Positions 28,201 through 43,200 of a stretch of DNA of 64,000 bases are shown one piece after another (the first letter of the stretch is position 1; the number at the start of each line of letters is the position of its first letter). This DNA comes from Phoronis australis (taxonomy: Eukaryota; Animalia; Phoronida). The translations under genes and the position numbers were made by a program. The notes under the pieces are model-generated. The model made no database searches, had not been told where the DNA came from, and saw nothing but the letters and a program-made list of their open reading frames with translations. Location of the stretch: contig NMRA01000090.1 of the NCBI GenBank assembly GCA_002633005.1, forward strand, positions 509,986-573,985, in the 5' to 3' direction.

Positions 28201-31200
28201 AACCTGAATTAAACTGGACTTAGACCATTTTAAAGATAACCTGCATTTCAAAAAACGGGTTTAACTTTTAGACTAGTGTACTAGTAAAACCTGATTTAAT
28301 TCCAGTACAGACCTGGTCTAAGTCAGTTTTCTTTTCACCAACGAGGTCTACATTCCTTAGACTTTGTATTAGGATCTTAAGCCAGTTTTAACTCCAGACC
28401 CAGGTTTAATACTGTTAAACATGGCAGACTTGCGCGATATACGTGCTACTGAATGATGCCGCAGTGTGCATTTACGACGCAGTTTTAGAGCGAGAATAGA
28501 CCGGGCTAAATTTTTAAACCTGGTTTTGTTAAACCACCATGATGAAATCGGCTGAAAATGTCTCAGACTTAACCATGGCAAACATGGTATTTCTATATTC
28601 TGTGTATCACCTGTTTTCATTCTGGTGAGTACACATTCGGTGCCTCACGTTTACTCTGATTTGAAGGTTGACATCGTCAGAAACATACCTATACCTCGGT
28701 GACGTGTTGTTTGCAAATTTTAACAGGATTTTCGATTGAGGTGACCGCGGTTGCTGGAACTCTGGCCATAGTGGTTAGCGGGCCCGACGAAGCCACAAAC
28801 ATGACGAAAGGGCTCTTAGGTGTTCTCAATGGTGACTTGAATGATGACTTTACCTATCCAAATGGGACTATCCTCAATCCAAATTCTACAGAGAGGGAGA
28901 TATTCCATTATGGTCAATCATGTAAGTAAAGACATGTTTTGGCCAGATGAAATACAGCAGCTGCAGTGGAGAATGCCTGTATTCTTATACCACTTTATGC
29001 GAGCCCAACTCGCTCTGCTGGGTACACGCATGCCATGGTAGTGACCACATCTTTAAGTGATTGCACTTCATTAGCACACTTTGCCGTGTCTATCCTTGTA
29101 TTTACTTTTACGGAGTCAACGTGGCGTACACATTTTGTCTTTAGATAAGTGCATTCATAAATCTACTGCTATATTTTAGGGATTCTACGTTCTGCCGGAC
29201 TGTTTCTGTATAGACAGGGTGAGACCCAAGAAACCTTTCGAGACGATAACTTTATACCAACATTCTCCGATGAAATCATCGTCACCGACGAGATGAAAAA
29301 TGTGTGCGGTGACAATGTAGAGTGCCTGTTTGATTTCTCTCAAGCCGATGATAGGAGCCTAGCCTTGTCAACAAAGGACATTGAAGATCAAGCTGAGAAA
29401 CTAGAACTGGCGTTGTGTAAGTCACACGAGAACATTTGTAGAAGTTGATGGCATGCATTCTCCTTTACGAGTGCATGCATTTGTTCTGCCTTTGGAGTGA
29501 TTTTGCTGGGAAAATTAAAGTTTGCGTACAAACCAAAAAATACGCGTTTTCAGAAATGGGCAACCACACAAGCGAAAAGTTTTAGATAAACGATAACACT
29601 CTTATAGACTTATGCATGTATTAGATCCTCATTTGCTTTATAAATAAAATAAAAGGAATTCTCAATTTGGGATTGGTGCATTTTTGTTATTTTTAATGAA
29701 ACCATGGCCACAAAATGGGTACAAAAATGTGCTGATGGTGAGCGCCTCACTTCGAAATAAATCGAAAATTTTTTCGTGATGCAGTTTCAGAAATTCCGGA
29801 AACCAATTTCACAAGCGAATGAAAATGGATGTTTTCGTTTTTAGTAGCATTGAATTTGAAATCATCGTCCGCTTATATACAACACCGCCACTGTGACGCC
29901 GTTCATAAGCAAATCTGCGGAAGCAAAGGTGATTGGAAAATCAACATTGTGTTTCCTCCCATTTTTCTACAATTTTTGTTAAAATCAACGAATTTACGTC
30001 ATATAAGATTTACGAGTACCTTCAAGTTCATTTTTTGTTTGATTACGGTGAAGAGATTTGATTTCTTAAATTGCATTTAACTATAATCAGATATGCTCGG
30101 AAACAATTGCATCCTCAGCGAATGCCATTGAAGCGACACCTATTATTTTCACGGGAATACGCATTGTTTCATGAACGGAAAACATTATTTCTATCTACAC
30201 ATTCGTGGTTATATATATTGGTGGTTCATTTCAGCGAGGACAGCGCCGACTTTGTCCGGCACGAATCAAGTGAACGTTACAGTCAACGAGACGGTCGAGA
30301 TAACGATTACGGCATCAGACGCAGACGGAGACGAGTTTGTAGTGGAAATCGTGGATCCATCTCTCCTGCCGCCTGACCTTAACTTCACAAATACAGTAAT
30401 TACTGCTAGTGGGACAATAACCGTAAAATGGACTCCTCAATCTGTAAATGGAACATTAATTGCGTACGTATAGATGCACTGAAATTGCAAATCAAATTTA
30501 AACGATGGGGTAGCAATAATGTATTGCCGGAATTTACGTTAACCAAAGTGCAGCTTATGGAAAATTAAGGGCACTGTGTCATAGCCAAAGGGGCCCATTT
30601 CATCCAAACCATTTCAGAAATCGTGACAACCGGGGGGTGGGGTTGGGGGTTTAAATATTCTGTGACCAGCAGCAGCTGCAGCAGCTCGAAAGATGGGGGT
30701 GACGAGAAAATGTAAACCTTAAATGTGACGACCAGGGTGAACATATTTACAGCCAAGGAAGGGCCAGCTCATGTCATGAAGTTCCTATAATTGTAGAAGC
30801 TCTGTGTCACGTAATAATCAGAACACGACAACGGCTTACATGGATATTATTTTCTGTATTGAAGTGTCCTAGTTTCTCTGCAACCATGCACAATTTTCAT
30901 TGTTAAATATCTTGCTTTTCCACAATCAACTGTGAGTTATGAATTACCACAACTCTGTATTTCCAGCATATGTGCGATGTTCATTCATGAGGCTAGGACA
31001 AACCATTTGGTTACTATTCCGCGTGTTCTCATCTAGGACATTGAGCATTACATCGTCGATTCACTAATTACTCAGCAACCGCAAACTCGTAAGATCGCAT
31101 CTAAAGCCCACTTGTATCACCTAGCAAGGCCTGTTAGTGTTGCAATGCCACTGATGCACATTTATTTTATAAATGTTAAAACTGAGCCGCTTTGACATTT

Positions 31201-34200
31201 CTCTGATCAACACCTCAAGGAGTACTCTTTTAAAGCACAGCTGTGGCTGTTTTACAGGAAGCCTAATTTGGATGTGTCCAAGCCATCACGACCTTAGGGG
31301 AACTTTCCTCATTGATGCGTGAACTTATTTTTACCTTTTTATTATTTTCAGGTTCAAAGCTACTGATTCTACGAACGTCTCTTCTGTTCAGCACGTTGTA
31401 ACCGTTCAGTTGTCTCGTGCCTGCGTTAATGGCCAGCCATTCTTCAAGTCCCACAATGAGATACCGTCGTCTGCTGTTCAGTCAGTGCACCTGATTGAAT
31501 GTTCATGTCTTACGGGCTGGGAAGGTAGAGCGCAAGTTTGGTATCTTTGAATAATTATACTGTTGCATACATCACACTTGGAAGACAGAAGTACCCAAAT
31601 GGTCGACGAATGGTTTTGCTGAAAAATTGTACTTAACTCGTTTGTGTCGATTGCGTCACAAATAGTGTTATGCCCACTCTGCAACATGCACTATTTTGTC
31701 TTGAAAACCTTCATACTGTAGTTAATTCGTTTCCATCCCACTGGATGTTCAATTCATGTCCTTCATGTCGGTAGGTGATGACTGTACCATTGATTTTGAC
31801 GGTTGTGTCTCTGCTCCCTGTGATGCAACCGGAACGACCTGTCAAGACCTGACACCTGACGAGGAACAGCAGAGAGGTACAACATTTGAATGCGGTCCGT
31901 GCCCGGATGGATTTGTAAAGGTGGATGGAGAGTGCGAGGGTAAGGAGAGTAAAGTAAATTTTACAGCGAGAGATTCTTTAGCGTTACATTCTTGCACGAA
32001 TGCTCTCAGAACCAACAGATTAAGAACAACATGACGTAACGGAGTGATGTGACCATACTTCGTTTTAAGAGTTTAGAACGCGTTCGCCATGCTTTATCAT
32101 AGTTGTTGCGAACTGTTCAAACAGCCAAACACTCCTCAGTTATACTTTACCGATTGTCTTTCAGATCGTGACGAGTGTCAGAACAGCACCTGGAATAAAT
32201 GTGATCACGTGTGTACTAATCTAGACGGAGGTCAAGGCTACCAGTGTGCGTGTCACCGCGGGTACCGATTGCTGGACAAATATACGTGTGAAGGTATATT
32301 ATTCTGAAACAGGGTATCCGGTTTTTCTCATGTCCATAATCTGAGTGGTAAACTCATAAATTGGCGTTATGTAGGCACGTGTTTAGAAATCAGATCAAAC
32401 ACAGCTGTTGCAGCTGTGTTTAGGGCCTCCTTGTGTTTTTACTTTCGTGTTCGTGGGACTATTCTCCAGGCGCTTTCTGTTTTAGATGAAGATTTGTCGA
32501 AGCTGCATTAAACCCGTGCTTTATGTCAAAATAAATTAAGATTTAGTCCAATTACCGTTATGCCATTGATCTTATCTTGTTGGTACTAAGTTTAGAAGTA
32601 ATTATTTCTGTGCCCAGGCAGAACTTATAGTTCGTTATTTCTTAAGACCAAGCAAACCAATGTTTAGGCCACGAAGTGTAAACGTATGACATTGGTGGAA
32701 GCCAAGAAACCATCGGCTATCTGAGTAAAGAACAATTTGAGATTAATTTATAAGTGCAGTGGCTTAAACTAAAACTTGATTTTGTCAGAAGTTTAATGCG
32801 GCTTTAACAAGACTGAGATTTTAGATTCATTTCAGTTAGTCTGACAAGAGACTAAGAAAAAATAAACCTTTTATCGTTCTTATGATGTTAATGTGGTTAA
32901 ATCGTCTGCATGACGTTAGTGTACATGTTTAACTAGTTCAAATGATTTTTAGTTTATTTGTTTGAATCGTTCATATGCTGTTAGTGTTCTTGTTTAAATC
33001 GGTCATATGATATTGTTTGTTAAAATTGACCGTATGGTGTTAGTGGTTCCTTACTTGGAATATATATTCCAACCCAATCCACTTCTTCTGTTTGTCATGT
33101 GGGTGGTGACTGAAAGCTTTTTGCGCATGACTTACAAGTGCCTCTCTTCAGTCTGTCCACGAATATTCCAAATGGTAGCGTTTATTTTAGATATCGACGA
33201 GTGTGGCCTTAACAACCCTTGCTCCCAGGTGTGTAATAATACAGCGGGCTCGTTCAACTGTGACTGTTATAGCGGGTATCAGAAAGCGAACGACAGTGTC
33301 TCGTGTGCACTTAAGTCAGGTAACGAATTGTGAATGCGACGTTTGTAGCATCGCTGCCAAATGTTTCACTTAAATGCCAGTGTGTTTCTCATCGTTTGCA
33401 TTAGAATCTAACAACTCTCACGAACATGAAAAGCATTGATTACATGCGCGCACCCAGCCTAGAATATACAGTAGGGGGTCTTGAATTTTTCGATGAACGG
33501 GGCCACTACGTTCCAGCCCACGAATTATGCATTCGCACCGACTTCCCATGGGTTTTGTGGACTTTTGTCTCGTTTACTCGGACATTTTGTTTCACTGAGG
33601 CGGACCTTTTTGCCCAATCCGCCAAATCGGGCAGCTCCTTCGAGCCCCTCCTGGGTGCGTCCACGGATTAAAAATGATGCAGTTTTCATTTGTGGTAGAT
33701 TTTGTATTTTGTATTTTGTATTTTAGTCTTTGGTAATAATCAAATATCTACCAAGCATGTGAGTCGTCTCATTGTTTACTGTTACGGCTATCTAAGTAAA
33801 GGCGCCTCATGCAAAACAGCGCAATTTACGTATCTGTAAAGTCACTTCTAATTGAATTAATGATTGAGCTGCTTTTGAACATACATTAATGCCGTTGTAC
33901 CGTGTCGCTTTTAAGATTTGTTAAGGTATGCGTGAGTTTTTTTCTGGATTTTAAATACCTCATGCTTGAGGGTTTTTGTCCCTGCACGAGAGTTACACTG
34001 TTTATTGTCTTCTATGTTTTTATTTTATGCGGCTGGTGTTTTCTTTGAAAAATAGGGTGTCATGTTTCAAAGAAAATATTAAGCACCAATTATGAGCGTT
34101 GCACAAAGTGTTCACGTTTACTTTTAATGTTAAGGAATCAACGAGGAATTTAGTGTCGCTATACATGCGTATCAAAGCTAAATTTGACGTTATAATGAAG

Positions 34201-37200
34201 ATAAAATAGCAGAAAAAGATCATCAGTGTTTGCGCAAAATCGATGAAATCTAAGGGAACATAGCCGAGTCCCCTTTGGGACTGTTTCGGTTGGGTTTGCC
34301 TATTGTTTAATATGTTATCATTGTGTCCGACGTTGTCATTAAGCGTCAAAATAATACAAAGACTATTTTTGACGTTATCGTAAGTGATATGTTTTTTGAA
34401 ATAAATATTCAAATTAATTTTATAAGTTAGTCAGTGTAACTAACTTCTGCTTGATGGCTTTTCAGCAAACAGTGTCGAACCCCCTTAAGGAACACAATGG
34501 TATTTGCGTTCATTCTAAAGCGACACATTATTAGGAGATTTAGGAGTGTTTAAGAAGGAGGCTATAGTCCTTTACAATGTCAGGGCGTAAAGCAACTAGT
34601 CTTTTGGTTGTGTTTTGCTGTAAGATCGATATTTTCTGGAAAGCAATGAATGTTTAAAAACGCACATTTCATATTGGGTCGTTAGTGAAGTAAACATCAT
34701 TAATACTTACAACTGTGTTCATGATCTTACGCGCTTTACACTGTAAAATAAAACAACATAAAGTAATAACAATTGAAATTACAATGATAAACCTAAGTGA
34801 CATTAACATGTTATGTCCATCAGTGTAAATGAAATGAAAGTAGGAATCGCATAAATTACATGTATAAATAACATTGGATATTATAATCTGACGTGGAAAT
34901 AATGATGGATTAAGAATTGATATGATGATAACAAATGTAAGTTAAATACGTTTAACTACTCGTAAATATATTTTAATTTTCAAGTAAGTATTTGTTAAAC
35001 TAAACGTTAATATGTGTCAAATTAAACGTCAATACATGTTAAACTACACGTACATACACAAATATACGTCTTATTGCTCACCATTCCAGTTGCCGTGCAA
35101 TGACCCCGCAGACTGATGTTCGGTCAAGTGACACGACTAAGGAAAGATATAGTTTGATATCTGATATTTACATCTTAATTTACACAAAATCTTCGTTTAT
35201 CATCCTCGGCTAATAAATCACCCTTATGAGACGCTTGCACTTAAACACATACTTACAAAATGAGAACCACTGGACAAAAATGACCACAACTGATAAGTAG
35301 AAAATAGTCGCATTTTGCTGATATTTACCCACTTTGACTGATTTTCTTTTCATTTGTTTCAGGTGAAACAACGTGTTCTGTAAACAACCTGAACTGCACC
35401 CACCTTTGCATTTCAACTGATCAGAGCTACGGATGTGGTTGTCGCCTTGGTTACCGGCTACTTTTTGATAACGTTACATGTGAAGGCTAGTATTTGTTTT
35501 GAGGTCAACATTTTGCTAAAGGAGGTGATGTTGTTACTATTGTGTTATAGCAGCGAGGCTTTTGCTTCTAAGAAAGTGTCTATGAGTTGAATAACTACAA
35601 AACAATTACCTGTTAGCTAAATTTGGACAGACATGTTATGCTTGCAAATATTGTAGTGTATCTGGTTTCAAATTTCATTGGCAAATTCAAATTGAACTCT
35701 CATACTTTGATAACAAGTGCATTAGTTTATGTCATCTGATTTCTAATATTTGCTGCTATGCATGTAACAGATATTGACGAGTGCGAAGTCAATGCGTCAC
35801 GCTACTGTAGCCAGCCTCAGCACTGCAACAATACGGAGGGAGGGTACACGTGTGGCTGCGACGTAGGGTTCAAACTGGCTTCCGACAAAACAACTTGTGA
35901 ACGTAAGCAGAAGTCAGTTCGTTACTACAATAACACGGTGCACTTATGTTGGTGTTAGTTATGAAATTGATAGCAATGTTTTAGACTTTGAAAACAGTCA
36001 CACTTTTCATCCCTATCAAAGCATTATAATGTTATGTTTTAAATTTCTATATTTGCATTCGTCTGCCAACACTCCCTGTAGTTGGAAAATCGAGGGTTAC
36101 TGAATTCATCTGAAGACTTATTTAATTACTGGCGTTGTGCATTTGCAAACTTCTTCGTCACAGCTTGCGATTCTATACATTGGGGACACAACTGCGAGAA
36201 TCTGTGTAGCTGTGGAAGCCGCTCACTGATGTGCAACGCCACCCATGGCTGCGTTGGCTGTGTGAAAGGTTGGCAGGGTGATGGATGTGACACAGACGTC
36301 GATGAGTGCCAGGATCCGAGTGCTTGCAAGACAAGTGAGCGATGTACCAACACAGAAGGGTCGTACATGTGCTCTTGTAAACCTGGATACGAACGAGTTA
36401 TAAACGGAAGCTGCCTCGGTATGTATACAATTTCGTCTACGGGAATCCAGTGGTTTTAAACTTCTCAGTAAATGGCTTATGTGGCAAAACTCTTTCATTC
36501 CTCTAGTAGAACATGTAATTTCATGGACGGAGCACTGAAGCTCATAGCATTTCATTTAGATTTCGTTTCCTCTTCATCGCAGTGGCTAAGTTCAACAAGT
36601 TGTATCATTCCTCGAAGGTTGAGAATGTTTCTCATGTTTAAGTCAAAGTACTGGAATGTTACCACGTCTAACAACACCCTTCACGCTGTCGTAGACTGAT
36701 AATACACGTTTCTACTCATTCAAATTTTAGACATCGACGAATGTTTCACAGCAACTGACAACTGTGCAGAATCTGCGACATGTATCAATGTAGCCGGAAA
36801 CTACACGTGTAAGTGTAACACTGGTTATGCCGGGGACGGATGGACATGTAAGGACGTCAATGAATGTAAGGAGTCGCAAGTGTCATGCCACATCGACGCT
36901 AACTGTACTAATACTGTTGGCAGTTTTAGTTGCCAATGTGGTCCAGGACTCTCTGGCGATGGAAGAACGGAATGTTTCGATGTTGATGTAAGTAGGCTAT
37001 CATCGACTACTTAAAACTTCAACAACTAAAATGTCTATGTTTCAAAGTGAAATTTATATGCTGGCCACTTATTTCTGTGATTATATATGTAGTAAAAGTT
37101 GTTCTATATCGGTTGAAATAGAAATAACATTTAAGGGCAATTGCTTTGCTCTTTTCTGCTAATCCACATATACATTCGTTTGGTGGATTTATGGACGAAA

Positions 37201-40200
37201 GCACGAACACTAACATTGGGGTTGCTTTCCCCTTACCGTATCGTAGATCCCCATTGACTTCTGGAATAATAGGAGCGCGAGGTCAACTCATGGACTTCCA
37301 CTGACTAAAACTGGCGTCAGGCTCGACTACATTGTACGTTAACCTTAATAACGATAAATTTAAGCGCCTGTAGTCCAATGTTCTGGGTTCAGAGAAGTCC
37401 CAGTGTTCTCACTGTACTGTTAGTTTCCTTTCTTTCATGTCATTCTACTGCTTATGTTGCAGTACTTTCAAATCTAAAAGAGTAGTTTGTCCGTAGTTGG
37501 TGATTTCTTTGACGTATTCATGTACCCATGCTCCTTTACAACTATGAGTGTACGTCAAAGTTTTCTTTTTTTAGGAATGCACTTTCAAAATAGACAAATG
37601 TCACCCAACACTGGCGACTTGCAACAATACCAAAGCATCTTATTCCTGTTCGTGTAACAGTGGTTACCGTGGTGACGGCATCACGTGCTTGGACATTGAC
37701 GAGTGCTCAACCAACACCCATGGGTGTCACCAGCATGCTAATTGCACCAACACCGATGGTTCTTACTCGTGTACGTGCTTAGCTGGCTTCCAGGGCGATG
37801 GCGTCAACTGCTCGAACGTGAATGAATGCGCGGATCGTAACAGCAACAACTGTAGCAGTAATGCCGAGTGTGTGGACACTGAAGGAAGTTATGAATGCGT
37901 TTGCAAAAATGGTTATCATGAGACGGAGGAGCATGAGTGTCTCGACAGTGATGAGTGCTCTTTACCATTTACAAATAACTGCACTCATATTTGCAACAAT
38001 ACGATTGGTTCTTACTTCTGCACTTGTCGCCTTGGATACCGACTGAGTGAAAATGGATTTACGTGTGAAGACATAGACGAATGTGCCGAGGACATTCATA
38101 AATGTGAGCAGACGTGTTACAACAAGGACGGCCATTACAACTGTGCTTGCCATACTGGCCATGTCAACCCAGACAACGCCACGTGTAACACTAGTAAGGA
38201 ATTTGTTTCTTTCTATCAACAATTTGATCCACTCATAGCGAGATCCTGCTTGAATGTAGTTTTCCAACGGGAGTGATCTTTTTGATATACTTTGCTTAGA
38301 GTGATATCCGTGTTTATCATTCGTGTATCGGTGTTTGCTTAACTTTACTGAGTCTTCCCAGTGTTATCCTCAGTAATACGTCACATATTTTATCAGGTGG
38401 TGTAATCTGTGACGATCTTAACTGCACCTACAGCTGTCGTAATGGGTCTGACGGACTGGAATGTATCTGCCAAACTGGTTATGAGCTGGATTCTAAGGAC
38501 AACCAAACTTGTTCAGGTAGGCGATCTGTACCGTTGTTCCCATGTGTTCTCGCGACTATATATTTCCTCGCTCTGAAGTTCTCGTAAACTCTCCTAAACT
38601 ACGTTTTCCACATAGCAAGAGACAATTTCTTTGCGATAATTATTTAATTTATTGCTAATGATAGTTGAAGGTCCTACGGCGGAAAAGCAAGAGAGGATCC
38701 CTGGAATTTTAAGCAGAAGAGTTATTCGACAAAGGAAAAGCGCATGCTGACTTTAACAATTCGTTGCTTTTAACGGGGCTTTTATATAACCGTGGGAGAT
38801 TTTCAGTATCGCTATGCTTTGTTTTAGCTATTGCCATAATCCAAAATGAACCATTGAAGGTGAGAAAATGGATTTTCCTGTCATATTCAACAAAAAGCAT
38901 TACATGACATTTCAAACGTGTCAACCAAATGCGATCTTTAAATACATCATTTGTAAAATGCAAGCACAAGCATGCGGCATATATCATGCGTTTTTTTCTG
39001 TGAAAGTTACGAGCTTTCTTGTAACCGTTTATTGGGAGGGGGAGGGAGACAGGACGAGAGAACATCGGGACCAGGAACCTTTGGGACGGAAACGTGGGGA
39101 AGTAGGAACACAGGGACGGGGGACACAGTGATATGGGAACATAGGGACGGGGAACGGGGGACCATAGGGACAGGGAACATATGGACGGAGGACGGGGGAA
39201 CATCGGGGCGGGGGAGAATTGGGACAAGGGGAAATCGGGACGAGAGAACATGGGTTGAGAGAACGTAGGGACGGGGAAACGTAGCGATTGGGGAACGTAG
39301 GGACAAGGGAACAAAAGGACAGGGGAACATAGGGACGTGGGAGCATCGGGACGGGAAGCATAGGAAGGAGAGAACATGGGGACCGGGGAATGTCGAGACT
39401 GAGAACATCATCGTGACGGAGAAACATAGAAACGGGGAGACATCGGGAGGGGGGAACAACGAGCCCCGTGAATTTCGCGACAGGCGCACATACATGTAGG
39501 GACAGGGGAGCATAGGTCGGTGAACATATTACGGGGGAATACAGGGATCGGGGAAGAGCAGACCTACTCCTTTTTAACGCCATTTCGCCACTTTAGGGAG
39601 ATATTTTTTCAGTAATAAAGCTAACAAACAAGTAGCATTATTGCTAAAGTGAGATTCATTTTTGAGTAATTTAGATAAACAATACATCACCTAGATGTGA
39701 ATGTCGTTGGCGATAATCTTTTAATGGGATGGCTTGTTGACTGACATAATGAAGTGTACTAAACAATATGTATGGAACCAGTTACCTGTGAATAATTTAT
39801 TGGAAATCAATACACTGCCAAAACTGCAATTACATGTAATATGTATCTCCCTTTCAAGTTTTGGCCTAAATATCATGCAAACTAAAGGTCACCGGTGACG
39901 AAAAGTTTGTGACCTTGGCCGTAAGAAAACGTGTTTGTCAACGCTCGATTTTTAGCAAAACAAATTGCACTGTTAATAGGAAACAATTTATCAATTTTGG
40001 AAGAGTAAAGGACATCAAAAAGGACAAGGTTTACTGAAATGCAAGTCTGAACGTGTTGGGGTTTCTGCAGGTCTTCAGTGTATCCCCCTGAAAAATTATA
40101 TTGCCAGCTCCTAGCAATAACCATCGTTTGGCAAGTTACTCACAAAGGCTACCCGCCCTGACCCTAAAGTGAGTTTGGTAGACCAACTAGAAGTCAACAG

Positions 40201-43200
40201 TCTTCTTGGTTTTCCTCTGATGCTGTTTTTACACAGTAGTGTCCTTGTAATTACCGTAATCTTTGGTCACCAATGTCAACCTTCCGGAGAGAGATTGATA
40301 AAAAACTTAGTAATGAATGAAATCACCGCATTCTGCAATAACTCAACTTTTCAGTTAGTAAGAAATGAACTATGCGCAAATTCTTCACTTCATTGAGCAA
40401 TTCCGTGTATTCAGTTCTTTGTATAATTCAATACTCATACGATCTGGTGTCGATGCCGGTTATTTTAAATAGTTATTTGTACATGTCATTACTTAGACTT
40501 GTGACGATGATTGTTTTGTTCTCTGTGGGTGTCATTATTTAGAATTATGACGATGGTTGTTTGCATTTCTCTGTACGTGCCATTGCTCAGGCTTGTGACA
40601 ATGCATGGTTGTTTGTCGTTATCTATACGTGTTATTACTCAGAATTGTGACGATGNCGATTCTTTGCAATGTTTCTCGTTGAGTATGTGGTATAAATAGA
40701 TTACTACATGCCCTCAGTCGTAACCCCCCTTATCTAGAGCCCTTGTGGATTTTGAAGAATTATCACCCGAGGGTCTAACGCCACGCTGGCGATAATTCTC
40801 CAAAATCCACTCGGGATCTAGATTACGGTGGATAACGACTATATATAGTACTTTTAACTATCCTCGGCAGATACGTACTTCTAATGGGGATACCGGCGAA
40901 TTTTCCAGGAAGGTTTTAAAAAAGCAATAATAACATTGTTTGTACTTTCTCAGTCAAGAACTGCGGACAACCATCAGTTAAACCAAAGACTAACGTCAGG
41001 ACAACTTCAACCACTTACCAAGGAACAGCGTCTTACACGTGCGACATTGGTTATGAAAAGATTGGGGGAGACACAACGCGAACTTGTGACGCTCATGGAA
41101 AGTGGACTGGGACTGAGTTAGAGTGTGCAGGTAAAGAATTAATTACAGGCTTCTCGTCCTTAATGCATGAACGTATGTTTGGCTAAAATTCAGTCTTGAG
41201 GGAGAATCTAGCAAGCATTCCCGCTTATGTAATATTGGTATTAGTTATATTTCTGTTTATCATGTTTCAGTCAAGAATTGCCAGCAGCCACCTGCTAATT
41301 CAAATTCAACGGTCGTGGTAACTTCAACCACGTACCAAGGAACAGCGTCTTACACGTGCGACATTGGTTATGGACAGACTGGAGGAGACACTTTGCGTAC
41401 TTGTGGCGCTGACGGAGCGTGGACTGGGACTGCGTTAGTGTGTGCGGGTAAGAAATCTTGTTACATGTTACGAGTCTTTCCTTTACATAATTCGTAAACA
41501 CAAAATGAATGGGTGGGTGAAGAGGCAGAATCTAAGCGGCATTCCAGGTTATGTAATATTGGTATTAGTTATATTTCTGTTTATCATGTTTCAGTCAAGA
41601 ATTGCACGCAGCCACCTACTAATGTAAATTCAACGGTCGTGGTAACTTCAACCACGTACCAAGGAACAGCGTCTTACACGTGTGACTCTGGTTATGAACA
41701 AACTGGGGGGAACAATATGCGTACTTGTGGCGCTGACGGACTGTGGAATGGAACTGCGTTATTGTGTGCAGGTAAGAAATTTTGTCACAGGCTACGTGTC
41801 ATAATGAGAGAGAGTACAATGTATGGTTAATGCGGCAATCAGTCTCCATTATGAAATAGTGATATTAGTTTTATTTCTGTTTATCATGTTTCAGTCAAGA
41901 ACTGCGGACAACCATCAGTTAAACCAAAGACTAACGTCACGACAACTTCAACCACTTACCAAGGAACAGCGTCTTACACGTGCGACACTGGTTATGAAGA
42001 AACTGGGGGAGACACTTTGCGTACTTGTGGCGCTGACGGAGCGTGGACTGGGACTGCGCTAGTGTGTGCAGGTATGAAATTTAGTCATGAGCTACGTGTC
42101 TTTTCTTTACATAATATGTGACGGCACAATGTGTGGTTGGGTTAAATTTCAGTCTAGAGGCAAAATCTAGCAACCAGTAGCGAGTTATATTTCTGTTTAT
42201 CATGTTTCAGCCAAGAATTGCCAGCAGCCATCCACTAATGCGAATTCAAATGTCGTGGTCACTTCAACCACTTACGAAGGAACAGCGTCTTACACGTGTG
42301 ACTCTGGTTATGAACAAACTGGGGGGAACACTATGCGTACTTGTGGCGCTGACGGACTGTGGAATGGAACTGCGTTATTGTGTGCAGGTAAGAGATTTTG
42401 TCACAGGCTACGTGTCATAATGAGAGAGAGTACAATGTATGGTTAATGCGGCAATCAGTCTCCTTTATGAAATATTGATATTAGTTTTATTTCTGTTTAT
42501 CATGTTTCAGCCAAGAATTGCCAGCAGCCATCCAATAATGCGAATTCAAATGTCATGGTCACTTCAACCACGTATCAAGGAAAAGCGTCTTACACGTGCG
42601 ACACTGGTTATGAACAAACTGGGGGAGACACTACGCGTACTTGTGGCGCTGACGGAGCGTGGACTGGGACTGCGTTAGTGTGTGCGGGTAAGCTAGAAAT
42701 TTAGTCACGAGCCACGTGTCTTTTTACATAATGCGTGAAGTTACAATGTATGGTTGGGTTAAATTTGAGTCTAGAGGCATAATCTAGCAATCAATCCCGC
42801 TTAGGAAATATTGGTATTAGTTATATTTCTGTTTATTAAGAATTGCACGAAACCACTTACTAATGCAAATTCAAAGGTCGTGGTCACTTCGACCACGTAT
42901 CAAGGAACAGCGTCTTACACGTGCGACACTGGTCATGAACAAACTGGGGGAGACACTTTGCGTACTTGTGGCGCTGACGGAGCGTGGAATGGGTCTTCCT
43001 TACTTTGTGCAGCTAATGAATCTAATTTATGGCACAGTTCTTATTCCGTGAGTTCTGTGAAAGTGGTTAAACATGGATAATTCGCGGTATTGTTAGTTGT
43101 TTGTGGATGCGTTTGTATTGAACGCATGGAGGTCTATTTGTTAGTTAGTAATGGCCCCCGTAAGTGCTATTGTCGCACTTAAAATAGGTAGCCTATTGCA

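Noticed and set aside
38709-39583. Three long Pro-rich minus-strand ORFs (168-222 aa)
   Set aside because: They are translations of a stop-poor tandem repeat, open in all three frames, with no domain signal
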